NCBI GenBank assembly: GCA_039798785.1
Contig: JBDKFG010000068.1
Span: 1-27,216, forward strand
Direction: 5' to 3'
DNA length: 27,216 nt
DNA from: Verrucomicrobiota bacterium
GTDB taxonomy: Bacteria; Verrucomicrobiota; Lentisphaeria; Lentisphaerales; Lentisphaeraceae
Both the position numbers and the translations under genes were made by a program. Of this stretch, positions 1-9,286 are shown in pieces. The stretch's first letter is position 1. Each line of letters starts with the position of its first letter. A model generated the notes under the pieces. It had not been told where the DNA came from and made no database searches. It saw only the letters and a program-made list of their open reading frames with translations.

Positions 1-1
1 A

Positions 2-637
2 CGCCGCTTCCAGCCCTGGGAAGGTGGCGAGGGCCTGGTCCTCGGCCAGTTCGTCCGCTCCCAGCTCCTTCTCGGCCGCCAGGCCCTCGAACGCGGCGAC
101 GCGGGCGACGCGCGCCAGGCCTTCGCCGCCGCTCTGCGTCCCCCGCAAAGCCTCGGCGAGGCCAGGCACCTGCTCGCCAACGCCTCCGACATCCACTACT
201 GGCTCGGCTGCTCCTGCGCCGCCCAGGGCGATGCGGAGACCGCAAAGAATCACTGGCTGGCCGCCGCCAGCAGCAGAGGCGACTTCCAGGAGATGGCGGT
301 GCGCAGCTTCTCCGAGATGAGCCTGTTCTCCGCCCTGTCGATGCGGAAGCTCGGACGCGCCGTCGAGGCCGAAAGCCTCCTCTCGGAGCTGCTCGCCTAT
401 GCCGAGGCGCTGGAGCGCAGCCCCGCCAAGATCGACTACTTCGCCACCAGCCTGCCGACCCTGCTGCTCTTCGACGAGGACCTGCAGGAGCGCCAGACCA
501 CCACCGCCCGCTTCCTCGGCGCCCAGGCCTTCCTCGGCCTCGGCCGCGCAGCCGAAGCGGAGGCGTTGCTCCGCGAGGTGCTGGCTCGCGATCCCAACCA
601 CGCTCTGGCACGGGATCTGGCACAAAACGCGTTCTGA
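2..637 (+). CDS. 5'-truncated TPR-containing protein, C-terminus of a DUF5107-type family member
   Basis: The frame of ORF 293..637 is open back to the window edge (RRFQPWEGGEGLVLGQF...YWLG...). It has TPR-like helices and ends in ...LARDPNH. The RxF(H/Q)PWEGGEG motif is what I recognise from DUF5107/TPR proteins of glycan loci. Confidence 0.7.
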   Translation, partial: RRFQPWEGGEGLVLGQFVRSQLLLGRQALERGDAGDARQAFAAALRPPQSLGEARHLLANASDIHYWLGCSCAAQGDAETAKNHWLAAASSRGDFQEMAVRSFSEMSLFSALSMRKLGRAVEAESLLSELLAYAEALERSPAKIDYFATSLPTLLLFDEDLQERQTTTARFLGAQAFLGLGRAAEAEALLREVLARDPNHALARDLAQNAF

Positions 638-671
638 ACCGTCACAAACTGCATTCAGCCCAAGGATCGAC

Positions 672-2978
672 ATGAGCCGCAAATTCCTCATCGCCAGCCT
701 CTTCCTCAGCCTCGGCCTCGCCGCCGCGGAAAGCAGCTCCGAATGGCGCCTCGAAGACGGCGATCTCAGCCTGGTGAAGACCGGCTGGGGCCAAGCCAAA
801 CGCGATCTCTCGGTCGGCGGCCAGCCGCTCAGCATCGGCGGCAAAAGCTTCGCCCACGGACTCGGGGTCCACGCCGCCTCGGAATGCACCTTGCGTCTCG
901 ACGGCAAAGCCCGTGAATTCCGCGCCTGCGTCGGCCTCAACGACAAGGGCGGCAACGAGGCCGGCAAGGTCGAATTCCGCGTCATTGCCGACGGCAAGAC
1001 GCTGTGGAGCAGCGGCGCCATGACCAGAGGCGACGCGGCGAAAGAAATCAAAGTCTCGCTCGCCGGTGTCCGCAAGCTGCGCCTCGAAGTCGATCCCCTC
1101 GGCGACATCAGTTCCGATCACGCCGAGTGGGCCGACGCGGTGATCAGCTACGACGGACTCGCGCCGCTCTGCATCGATCCCGACGCCAGCGCAGAAGATC
1201 CGGCCCTCTACCCGCCCGCCGACAAGCTCGTCGCCTCGCCCGGCGACACCAGCTACTTCATCGATCCGACTCATGGGGACGACACGGCTGCGGGAACCGC
1301 AAAGGACCACGCCTGGAAATCCATCGCCAAGCTCAACTCGATCAAGTTCGCCCCGGGCGACCATGTGTTCATCGCCCCAGGCTTCCACGCCGAAACCTTG
1401 AAGCCCTCCGGTGCGGGTTCCGCAAGCAAGCCGGTGACCATCGAATTCCTCCCCGGACGCCATGAATTCGGCGTCGAAAGCGCTCTGCGCCGCCCCTATT
1501 TCATCTCCAACTCCTGCGACGCCCCGAAGGAGCCGAAACCGATCGGTTTCCTGCTCGAAAACATTCAGCATTTCCGCCTCCAAGGCGCCGATCTCAAGGA
1601 CCCGACCAAGACCGACATCGTCTTCATGGGCCGGATGATCCAGATCCTCAACGACCATTCCGAAGACATCAGCTTCCGCGGTCTCGCCTTCGATCTGAAG
1701 CGCCCCACCGTGTCGGAATTCCGCTGTCTCGAGGCTGATGCACACAGCGCAGTCATTCAGGTCGCCGAAGGCTCGGATTACATCATCAAAGACGGCAAAC
1801 TCCTCTGGCAAGGCGACTGGGGCGTCGGCAATGTGCTGTGCCAGGAAGCCATTCCCGCCGAAGGCCGTTGCTGGCGCAGCGGCGCCCCCAAGGGTTGGAA
1901 CGCGCAAGGCCAGTCCCTCGCCGTGGCCAGCGATCTCGGCGGACGCAAGGTCCGCCTCGATTTCGGCGCCGAAAATCCCGGCCTGACGCCGCAGCACCAG
2001 TACCATTTCCGCCTCTGGCGTCGCGACAGCTGCGGCGTTCACAACACCCGCAGCAAGGACCTCGTCTTCGAGGACTGCAACTTCTACGCCCTGACCAACA
2101 TGGGCTGCGTGTCGCAGTTCACCGAGAACATCACCTTCCGCCGTGTCAAGGTCGCGCCGCCCGCCGGCACCATCCGTACCTGCCCGGCCTGGGCCGACAT
2201 CTTCCAGTTCTCCAACTGCAAGGGCGCCGTCCTGGTCGAGAACTGCCGCATGTCCGGCATGCAGGACGACTCGATCAACTGCCACGGCACTCACCTGCGC
2301 ATCGTTGGCCAGCCCGCGCCCAATCAGCTCCTCATGCGCTTCATGCACGGCCAGACCTACGGCTTCGCCGCCTACGCTCCCGGCGACGAGATCGCCGTCA
2401 TCCAGCACGACACCCTGCGTGAAATCGACGGCAATCCCCGCCGCAAGGTGACCGCGGTCGAGCGCAAATCCGACCACGAGTGGTTGCTCACCCTCGACGG
2501 CCCGGCGCCGAAGTACGCCAAGGATGACGTCCTCGACAACCTCACCTGGCAGGCCGATCTCACCGCCCGCGGCAACGTCATCGACATGGACCCGGTGCGC
2601 GGCTTCCTGATCACCACCCGCGGCAAATGCCTGGTCGAAGGCAACACCTTCCACCGCTGCGCCATGGCCGGCATTCTGATCGAGGACGACGCCGAAGGCT
2701 GGTTCGAATCGAGCTGCGTCCGCGACCTGCTGATCCGCGACAACAAGTTCATCGGCTGCGGCATCGACATCAACCCGCAGAACCGCAAAAAAGATCCCGC
2801 CCTGCCGGTGCACGAAAACATCCGCATCGAAGGCAATTTCTTCGATGGCGCCGACATCTCCGCCAAGTCGGTGAAAGGGCTCAGCATCACCGGCAACAGC
2901 AAGGCCAAAAGCGAGCTCAAGATCCACCAGCAGGCCTGCTCTGAAGTGAAGATCGAAAACAACCGCGTCGCGCCGTAA
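672..2978 (+). CDS. Exported NPCBM/NEW2 domain + GH110 alpha-1,3-galactosidase-like beta-helix enzyme
   Basis: ATG at 672 follows AAGGA and starts a signal peptide (MSRKFLIASLFLSLGLAAA). NPCBM motifs are present (GWG...D.S..G.PL.IGG..F.HGLGVHA; D.AEWADA), as are GH110 motifs (ADIFQFSNCKG, MQDDSINCHGT, WFES..VRD). Confidence 0.85.
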   Translation: MSRKFLIASLFLSLGLAAAESSSEWRLEDGDLSLVKTGWGQAKRDLSVGGQPLSIGGKSFAHGLGVHAASECTLRLDGKAREFRACVGLNDKGGNEAGKVEFRVIADGKTLWSSGAMTRGDAAKEIKVSLAGVRKLRLEVDPLGDISSDHAEWADAVISYDGLAPLCIDPDASAEDPALYPPADKLVASPGDTSYFIDPTHGDDTAAGTAKDHAWKSIAKLNSIKFAPGDHVFIAPGFHAETLKPSGAGSASKPVTIEFLPGRHEFGVESALRRPYFISNSCDAPKEPKPIGFLLENIQHFRLQGADLKDPTKTDIVFMGRMIQILNDHSEDISFRGLAFDLKRPTVSEFRCLEADAHSAVIQVAEGSDYIIKDGKLLWQGDWGVGNVLCQEAIPAEGRCWRSGAPKGWNAQGQSLAVASDLGGRKVRLDFGAENPGLTPQHQYHFRLWRRDSCGVHNTRSKDLVFEDCNFYALTNMGCVSQFTENITFRRVKVAPPAGTIRTCPAWADIFQFSNCKGAVLVENCRMSGMQDDSINCHGTHLRIVGQPAPNQLLMRFMHGQTYGFAAYAPGDEIAVIQHDTLREIDGNPRRKVTAVERKSDHEWLLTLDGPAPKYAKDDVLDNLTWQADLTARGNVIDMDPVRGFLITTRGKCLVEGNTFHRCAMAGILIEDDAEGWFESSCVRDLLIRDNKFIGCGIDINPQNRKKDPALPVHENIRIEGNFFDGADISAKSVKGLSITGNSKAKSELKIHQQACSEVKIENNRVAP

Positions 2979-2996
2979 CCCCAAAGGCAAACTCCC

Positions 2997-5222
2997 ATGA
3001 TCGCAAGCCTCCTCCTCGCCGCCCAGCTCTTCGCCGAGCCGGCTCCGTCCAGCCCCCAGCCGCTTAAGTTGCAGCAGGGCGAAAACCGCAAGGTCGAAGC
3101 CTGGCTCAAGGCCGGCGGCGTCAACCCGCAGGGCGACAAGCTCGAGGTCAACAGCCTGCACTGGAGCTACAAGGGCCAGCCCTGGCTGCCGGTCATGGGT
3201 GAATTCCACTACGCCCGCTACCCCGCCTCGGGCTGGGAGGACCAGATCCTCAAGATGAAGGCCGCCGGCATCGACATCGTCTCCACCTACGTCTTCTGGG
3301 TCAACAGCGAAAACCCGCGCGGCACCTGGAATTGGCAGGGCGACCAGGACCTGCGCCGCTTCCTCCAGCTTTGCGCCAAGCACGGCCTCTTCGTCTGGCT
3401 GCGCCCCGGCCCCTACATCAACGCCGAGGCGAAGAACGGCGGCCTGCCGGACTGGGCCAACAAGAACGGCAGACGCTCCGACGCGCCCTGGTATCTCGAC
3501 GAGGTGAAACGCTACTACGGCCAGGTCGCCAAGCAGACCCGTGGCCTCTACTTCAAGGACGGCGGCCCGATCATCGGCCTGCAGGTCGACAACGAGTTCG
3601 CCCACGGCGACGCCAAGCACCTCGGCACCCTGCTCAAGTTGGCCCAGGATCTCGGCATGGTCGCGCCCTTCAACTCCTGCACCAACAACAGCAAATACGA
3701 CTATCCCAAGGGCGATCTGATCCCCCTGCAGGGCGCCTATCCCTACCGCGGCTGGGGCGGCCCGACGCCGAGCACCGACTACCTCTACTCCGCCGACGCC
3801 TGGAACGCGATGCAGAACATCGGCGGGCTGCCCTACGATGGCGATCGCTTCCCGCGCGGCATGGCGGAGATGGGCGTCGGCTGCTGGCAAGGCTACGGCC
3901 AGCGCTTCGTCGTGCCGCCCTGCGACTCCGAGGGCCACTTCCAGAACGTCCTCGGCCGCGGCTGCAACCTGATCGGCTACTACATGTACCAGGGCGGCAC
4001 CCAGAAGGCCGGCACCGAGGGTGGCGGCCACCCGCTCACCTACGACTTCCAGGCGCCCCTCGGCGAATACGGCCAGGTCCGCCCCAGCGCTGACCGCCTC
4101 CGCCTGCTCCACCACTTCGTCCGCGACTTCGGCTCCGAGCTCGCCCTGATGCAGCCGGTGCGCCCCGAAAACATGGTGCTCGATCCCCGCGACAACACTC
4201 ACCTCCGCTACTGCGGACGCTTCGCCGGCCAGCACGGCTTCCTCTTCCTCTGCAACACCCAGGCCTGGGTCGACAACAAGCCCATCCCGCAAGTCCAGAT
4301 CAAGATCGAATCGCAGCAGGGCTCGATGCTCGTGCCGAGCCAGCCTTTCACCCTCGCGGCCGACACCTGCCCGATCCTGCCGGTCCACCTCGACCTCAAC
4401 GGCAGCGACCTGATCCACGCCGCCGCGCAGCCCCTCGCCCGGATCACCGTCGACGGCGTGCCGCATCTCTTCTTCTTCGCCATCGAAGGATTGAAACCGG
4501 AATTCGCCTTCGCCGCCGCCACTCAGATCGAGGGTCTCAGCTTCCGCCGCGACGGCGAGCGCCAACTCGTCGAGCCCGCGCCCGGGCAGTCCTTTGCGGT
4601 CGCCGCAGGCTCGCGACGCGCCGTCGTCACCCTCCTCAGCCGCGCCCAGGCCGAGCACAGCTGGCGGATCAAGTTCCGCGGCCAGGAACGCCTCATCCTC
4701 AGCGATTCTCCCCTGCTCGTCGACGGCGATCAGCTCGAGCTCAGCGGCCCGAAAAACAGCTTCGCCTTCAGCTGCTTCCCCGCACTCAAGGAGCCGCTCG
4801 CCGGCGATTTCGACGGCAAGACCGAGGGACTCTTCAGCCGCCACCGCTTTCAAGTTCCCGAACTGGCCCACGGCCTGAGCTTCGCCAAGCTCGATGAACA
4901 CAGCGGCAAGGTCGAGCTCAAGCCCCTGCCCGCCGGCCTCAAGGACGCCTTCCTCTTCGTCGACTATCTCGGCAGCACCGCCGAGGTCTGGATCGACGGC
5001 AGGAAATACAGCGACGAGCGCTTCAACGGCAAGATCTGGGACATCGGCATCAAACGCTTCCTCGCCGACGGCCAGCCGCACCAGCTCGAGATCCGGGTGC
5101 AGAAGTGGGACAAGGGCGTCCACGGCATCCCTGCCGACAAGCAGCCGAAAAACCCCGCGGAAGAAGCCGGGATTCTCCGAGGTCTCAGCATCGTGCCGGA
5201 GTACCAGTTGCGCTTGCGGTGA
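2997..5222 (+). CDS. GH35 beta-galactosidase-like glycoside hydrolase
   Basis: Motifs GEFHYARYP, KMKAAG, YVFW, RPGPYINAE..NGGLPDW, acid/base QVDNEF, probable nucleophile AEMG, YYMYQGG and YDFQAPLGEYG; short N-terminal signal peptide. Confidence 0.9.
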   Translation: MIASLLLAAQLFAEPAPSSPQPLKLQQGENRKVEAWLKAGGVNPQGDKLEVNSLHWSYKGQPWLPVMGEFHYARYPASGWEDQILKMKAAGIDIVSTYVFWVNSENPRGTWNWQGDQDLRRFLQLCAKHGLFVWLRPGPYINAEAKNGGLPDWANKNGRRSDAPWYLDEVKRYYGQVAKQTRGLYFKDGGPIIGLQVDNEFAHGDAKHLGTLLKLAQDLGMVAPFNSCTNNSKYDYPKGDLIPLQGAYPYRGWGGPTPSTDYLYSADAWNAMQNIGGLPYDGDRFPRGMAEMGVGCWQGYGQRFVVPPCDSEGHFQNVLGRGCNLIGYYMYQGGTQKAGTEGGGHPLTYDFQAPLGEYGQVRPSADRLRLLHHFVRDFGSELALMQPVRPENMVLDPRDNTHLRYCGRFAGQHGFLFLCNTQAWVDNKPIPQVQIKIESQQGSMLVPSQPFTLAADTCPILPVHLDLNGSDLIHAAAQPLARITVDGVPHLFFFAIEGLKPEFAFAAATQIEGLSFRRDGERQLVEPAPGQSFAVAAGSRRAVVTLLSRAQAEHSWRIKFRGQERLILSDSPLLVDGDQLELSGPKNSFAFSCFPALKEPLAGDFDGKTEGLFSRHRFQVPELAHGLSFAKLDEHSGKVELKPLPAGLKDAFLFVDYLGSTAEVWIDGRKYSDERFNGKIWDIGIKRFLADGQPHQLEIRVQKWDKGVHGIPADKQPKNPAEEAGILRGLSIVPEYQLRLR

Positions 5223-5249
5223 GCGCAGCCGCGGAGTCCGGACGACAAG

Positions 5250-7451
5250 CTACTTCCCTGTCGCCGCGGCGAGCTTGTCCGCCAGGCGCTTGACCTGCTC
5301 GGGCATTTTCAATTTCGCGCAGAGGGCGGCCAGGGCGTGGTTGATCTCCTCGTAGAGCGGGTCGAGGCTGGGTTTGCGTCCATGGAACTTCGAGTGCATC
5401 CTCGCCGCGGCGGCCGCTTCGAGCCCCTGCAGCCAGGGCAGCAGCTCCCGGTCGTCGTCGGCCTTGGCGAGAACGGCTTGCAGCCGGCTGCTGGCGATGG
5501 CGGCCAGTTCCTGACCCTCATCCTTCTTCATCGCCGCATATTTGCGGACCTGCTCGGCGAGCACCGGCTTCAGGCTACGCCAACCCTTTACGGCGACTTC
5601 AAAGTCGGGCAGGACGCGCTCGACCGGGATGCTGCTGCCGCGGCAGGGCTCCAGAAGCGCGAGGATATGCCGGTCGGTGGCGGCGTCACCCGTCGGCTCG
5701 AGCGGCAGCATCAGGGTGTCGGAGAGCAGGCGGAGGAAATTGCCCGAGTTCAAGCGGACATCGGTGACCACCTGGTCTTCGTCGTCGGCCTCGGGAAGAG
5801 GCTCGGTGCCGGGCCTGGGGTGATAGACGACGGCCTCGCCGCGGGAAGGAATGAGCTCATGCGCGAGCCGGATCATTCCGGCCTTGACCTCAGCCGGCCT
5901 GCCTGTCCCGAGCTGCCGCATCTTCTGCCAGAGCTCGACGTTCCAGGGACAGCGGCGCAAGCCGTCCTCGGCGATGCGACGGGCGAGCGCGGGATCGGCG
6001 GTCTCCATCCGCTCCGCCAGATGAAGGGCGATGCGGGAGTCGACATAGCTGGCGACGCCCTGGTTCATCGCCAGCGCCAGGCCGATATGATGGATTTCCG
6101 GCAGCTCCGCCTTCGGGTCGGCGAAAAGCCATTGGGAGTGGGTGTCCGCGGGGCCGTGCCGGCCCTGCTTGGCCGAGACCGACCAGCTTCCCTTGTTGTG
6201 GTTGAAGACGATGAGACACGAATGGTGCGGCTGGCCGGCCTTGCATGCCGGGACTCCCAGGCTGATCAGGGTGCCGAGCCCGATGCTCGACATCTCGTGG
6301 CAGACGCCGCCGGCCTGGTAGGTGCCCTGCCAGGACGACCAGGCCCAGGGTGAAGGCTCGAGACGGGCCGGAATGACCTTGTCCTTGCCTTGATATTTGC
6401 CGTAGGTGGGGAGCTTGCCGCCCTTCTGGCAGCGCTGCCAGATGTCGCGCGCCTCGCGCAGAGGCCAGCCCTTGGCGAGGGGCATCAGGATCGGCCAGGG
6501 AGCGGAAGTCACCGGGAACCGCGGATCGATGGAGTCCAGGTAGCGTATCCATTCGGCGACGCCGGGGAAGGGGTCGCGCCGGGCGGGACGGAGGCCTTTG
6601 GCGAGCATCACCTTCTCGAGGAGCTGGCTGCTGATGGATCCTGATTCCGGCGCCTCGCGGCCGAGCTTGGCGAGCAGCTCCTTCTTGAGGGGTTCGGATT
6701 CGAAGAGCTGGCGCGGAGTGATCTTGCGCTCCTGGAGGAAGTTGAAGACGATGTCCGTCCCGGCGGGGCTGGTCAGGCGGTCCTGGGAGCGCTCGAATTT
6801 CTCCTGGCGTTTCTTGACGACCTTGGCGCGCGGTGATTTCTTGCGCCCTTCCTTGGCGCCGCTTTTTTCTTCGGGTTCCTCCTCGTCGTCCTCGTCCTCG
6901 TCCTCCTGCATCTCGCCGGCTTGTGCATCGCCGTTGATTTTCAGGAGGGGATATTCAGGCCAGAAGCGTCGCTGCTGGCGGGCTTCGGCCTCGGATCTGG
7001 AGCGGAGCACCCATTCCTCCTTCTCGCCGCCGGCTCCGGCTCCGACGCCCTTGAAGCGGCGGGCGACGGCGGCGGCGACGCAGAGATTCTTGTACTTGGC
7101 GAAGAGAGCGTCGCCGAGTTCCAGCTTGAGCTCGAGGAGGTTCAGGGCGATGCGCGGATCGGGGGCGTCGAAGAGACCGTAGCAGGCATCGCGGAGGGCC
7201 GGATCGCTCCGGATCAAGCCGAGCTGCTCCGGCGTCAACGAGATCTTCCGAGCCGCGAGCTCGGCCAGGACGCGGCGCTCCTGGGTGTCGAAATAGGCGT
7301 TGCGCAGCGCCGCATCGAGGGTGCCTCCGGACTTTCGCAGGCCCGCCAGCAAAGGGTCGGCCTCGTCTTTGCCGGAGGTCTCAGCTTTGCTTGACGGATC
7401 AGCAAGATGGACGAAAAGACAAAGACCGAGTTTGAATGCGAAGGTCGACAT
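5250..7451 (-). CDS. Exported hypothetical protein with a transglutaminase/Cys-protease-like GGVC...H core; paralog of 18909..21062
   Basis: 733-aa ORF with an AAGGAG Shine-Dalgarno upstream and a hydrophobic N-terminus. It shares many colinear blocks with 18909..21062, which supports both as real genes. The fold assignment is inference. Confidence 0.8.
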   Translation of the reverse strand: MSTFAFKLGLCLFVHLADPSSKAETSGKDEADPLLAGLRKSGGTLDAALRNAYFDTQERRVLAELAARKISLTPEQLGLIRSDPALRDACYGLFDAPDPRIALNLLELKLELGDALFAKYKNLCVAAAVARRFKGVGAGAGGEKEEWVLRSRSEAEARQQRRFWPEYPLLKINGDAQAGEMQEDEDEDDEEEPEEKSGAKEGRKKSPRAKVVKKRQEKFERSQDRLTSPAGTDIVFNFLQERKITPRQLFESEPLKKELLAKLGREAPESGSISSQLLEKVMLAKGLRPARRDPFPGVAEWIRYLDSIDPRFPVTSAPWPILMPLAKGWPLREARDIWQRCQKGGKLPTYGKYQGKDKVIPARLEPSPWAWSSWQGTYQAGGVCHEMSSIGLGTLISLGVPACKAGQPHHSCLIVFNHNKGSWSVSAKQGRHGPADTHSQWLFADPKAELPEIHHIGLALAMNQGVASYVDSRIALHLAERMETADPALARRIAEDGLRRCPWNVELWQKMRQLGTGRPAEVKAGMIRLAHELIPSRGEAVVYHPRPGTEPLPEADDEDQVVTDVRLNSGNFLRLLSDTLMLPLEPTGDAATDRHILALLEPCRGSSIPVERVLPDFEVAVKGWRSLKPVLAEQVRKYAAMKKDEGQELAAIASSRLQAVLAKADDDRELLPWLQGLEAAAAARMHSKFHGRKPSLDPLYEEINHALAALCAKLKMPEQVKRLADKLAAATGK

Positions 7452-7569
7452 GGCCGGACTCCTTGGATTTGGATGTTGGCTGGATTGGTTCTGAACACCT
7501 AGTCGCCGACAAGGAATGCTTTGAAGACAGACACAAGTTACTCGTGTGAAGGCGTTTTAATCGCGATTA

Positions 7570-8015
7570 ATTTCTTGGCTTTCATTCCTCAGCCTTGATC
7601 TCGCCGAGAGAATTGTCGAGTCGAACGATCTTCTTTCAGAGTGCGGAACTGACGCGCATGCGATGCACCCTGAGTTGTACAGGTTGATGGCTTTCGTGTG
7701 CGCAGCCGGCTGGAACCCCTCGCCTTGATGAAGGCAAGCGCTCGATCCATTTCTCCGTCAGTGATCAGGAGGCTACACAACTGTTTCGGTGGGTAATCGG
7801 ATTTCCTTCCTCCTGCTTCGTCTCCTCCATAAGAACCGCTGTGAGCTGAATCTCTACAAGACTCAATCCAGGGTGCATCATGCGGTGTTTCTGTAGATGC
7901 AGTAGTGGCTGAAAGGTTGAAACGCAAGCCCATGAGCGACAAGAAGAAGCCAACTCAAGACGAAAGAAACCTTCATCCAGTGCTAAGCCAATTCATGGCC
8001 GGAGAGCTTTTCTGA
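7570..8015. pseudogene. Low-GC segment with possible decayed coding remnants
   Basis: GC falls to 42% in line 7981-8040. Protein-like fragments occur in different minus frames (LSLVEIQLTAVLMEE; LLITDGEMDRALAFIK; AINLYNSGC; FRTLKED), plus a 27-codon + strand ORF at 7932..8015. There is no convincing intact gene. Confidence 0.25.
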
Positions 8016-8071
8016 AATCCGTCATAATACCTTCTTGTTTCAACTCAATTTTTCAAACTTTGAACCTTTCA

Positions 8072-8088
8072 ACTGCGGTTTTTAGGTT
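8072..8088 (-). repeat. Dispersed 17-nt motif AACCTAAAAACCGCAGT, copy 1
   Basis: Exact reverse complement of 27068-27084. Confidence 0.85.
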
Positions 8089-8103
8089 TATCCATCTGGC
8101 AGG

Positions 8104-8135
8104 TAAAAAGCGCCCCGTTTCCGGAGCGCTTTTTA
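8104..8135 (-). terminator. Rho-independent terminator of the peroxiredoxin gene (potentially bidirectional)
   Basis: The minus strand reads AAAAAGCGCTCCG-GAAA-CGGGGCGCTTTTT: a GC stem with a GNRA loop and T tail, 17 nt after the stop codon. Confidence 0.85.
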
Positions 8136-8152
8136 TGCGAAGTGATGAATGG

Positions 8153-8743
8153 TCAGTTCTTGCCGAAGTAGGTCTTGAGACCTTCGGGGTTGGCCTTCAT
8201 CGCCTTCTCGCCTTTCTTCCAGTTGGCGGGGCAGACTTCGCCGTTCTTCTCGAAGAACTGGAGGGCGTCAACCATGCGGAGGGCCTCGTCGACCGAGCGA
8301 CCGAGGGGGAGGTTGTTGATGACCTGGTGCTGGACGATGCCGTTCTTGTCGATCAGGAAGAGGCCGCGGTAGGCGGCGCCGAGACCTTCGAAGAGGACGT
8401 CGTAATCCTTGGCAATGGTCTTGTTGAAGTCGGAGAGGATGGGGTATTCGACGCCCTGGATGCCGCCGACGGCCTTGGGGGTGTTGAGCCAGGCGAGGTG
8501 GGAGAACCACGAGTCGGTGGAGGCTCCGATGACTTCGACGTCACGGGCCTGGAACTCGGCGAGCTTCTCCTGGAAGGCGTGCAGCTCGGTGGGGCAGACG
8601 AAGGTGAAGTCGAGGGGGTAGAAGAAGAGAACGACGTACTTCTTGCCCTTGAACTGTGACAGGGTGAAGTCGGCGAGGACTTCGCTGCCTTTGACGGCTT
8701 TGACGCTGAAATCAGGGGCGGGTTTACCGACGAGAACGGCCAT
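8153..8743 (-). CDS. ahpC: Typical 2-Cys peroxiredoxin (AhpC/Prx1 family), 196 aa
   Basis: FFYPLDFTFVCPTE peroxidatic motif, GRSVDEALR and GEVCPANW resolving Cys. The start MAVLVGKPAPDF is preceded by AGGAG. Confidence 0.95.
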   Translation of the reverse strand: MAVLVGKPAPDFSVKAVKGSEVLADFTLSQFKGKKYVVLFFYPLDFTFVCPTELHAFQEKLAEFQARDVEVIGASTDSWFSHLAWLNTPKAVGGIQGVEYPILSDFNKTIAKDYDVLFEGLGAAYRGLFLIDKNGIVQHQVINNLPLGRSVDEALRMVDALQFFEKNGEVCPANWKKGEKAMKANPEGLKTYFGKN

Positions 8744-8801
8744 GAGGAATCTCCTGCTTGTTTGTTGTCTGATCTTGGGCTTTGGGAAACCAAGTCCGGC
8801 C

Positions 8802-8831
8802 AATATAAACGCCGAATCTCCTGCTCCGCAA
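8802..8831 (-). promoter_or_regulatory. Possible sigma70-type promoter for ahpC
   Basis: Minus strand TTGCGG-18 nt-TATATT, about 60 nt upstream of the start codon. Confidence 0.4.
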
Positions 8832-8894
8832 GAGCCGATGACCAAGTTGTCGCGCCTCAGCGCAGTCAAAAGACCGAAAAAGCCGTTCGGGAGA

Positions 8895-8924
8895 TTGCAA
8901 GTTGTCCGCTTCCCGGTTTATAAT
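8895..8924 (+). promoter_or_regulatory. Sigma70-type promoter for the 8948 gene pair
   Basis: TTGCAA-18 nt-TATAAT, a perfect -10 box in a GC-rich genome, 23 nt before ATG 8948 and divergent from ahpC. Confidence 0.6.
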
Positions 8925-8947
8925 CCCGTAAAGTTTCTGGAGATCCC

Positions 8948-9259
8948 ATGCTTACCGCCGCAGCCCTCGTCCTCTTCATCGGACTCGCCATCGTCACCCG
9001 TCTCGTTGCCGGATATTGGGACCGCGTCCGGATTGACGACTATTTCCGGGAGCGTTCCTGCATTCTCATTGGCTGCGACTGGGACCCCTTCGGTCCGGGC
9101 AGCTTCGGCAGCAAGGAGAGAATCTACAAAGTGCGTTATCGCGATGAAGCCGGCCACATGCATCAATGCCACATCAAGACCGCCTTGTCCGCCGGAGTCT
9201 ACAGCACCGAAGACCGGATCATCGATCTGAAGGCGCGCGTCAAGAGCCGTTCAGACTGA
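8948..9259 (+). CDS. Small hypothetical protein with an N-terminal transmembrane helix
   Basis: 103 aa with a hydrophobic N-terminus (MLTAAALVLFIGLAIV), host-like codon usage and a promoter directly upstream. Confidence 0.7.
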   Translation: MLTAAALVLFIGLAIVTRLVAGYWDRVRIDDYFRERSCILIGCDWDPFGPGSFGSKERIYKVRYRDEAGHMHQCHIKTALSAGVYSTEDRIIDLKARVKSRSD

Positions 9260-9286
9260 CATCCCCAGGAACGGCGAGGAGCCCCC

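Noticed and set aside
399..671. N-terminal extension of the GH110 ORF
   Set aside because: Overlaps the TPR gene out of frame; the signal peptide begins at ATG 672.
3580..3600. GH35 QVDNE motif as a sign of exo-beta-glucosaminidase (GlmA-like) specificity
   Set aside because: As I recall, GlmA has Asp immediately before the acid/base Glu; here the Asn is retained, so no specificity change is supported.
642..5123. 1493-aa minus-strand ORF
   Set aside because: Antisense shadow of the GH110 and GH35 genes caused by high GC3; no recognisable motifs.
7589..7942. 117-aa minus ORF as an intact gene
   Set aside because: Atypical codon usage, no clear ribosome-binding site, and only partly protein-like; treated as a possible remnant.
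8744..8869. 42-aa N-terminal extension of AhpC
   Set aside because: The Shine-Dalgarno and the family-typical start both point to 8743.
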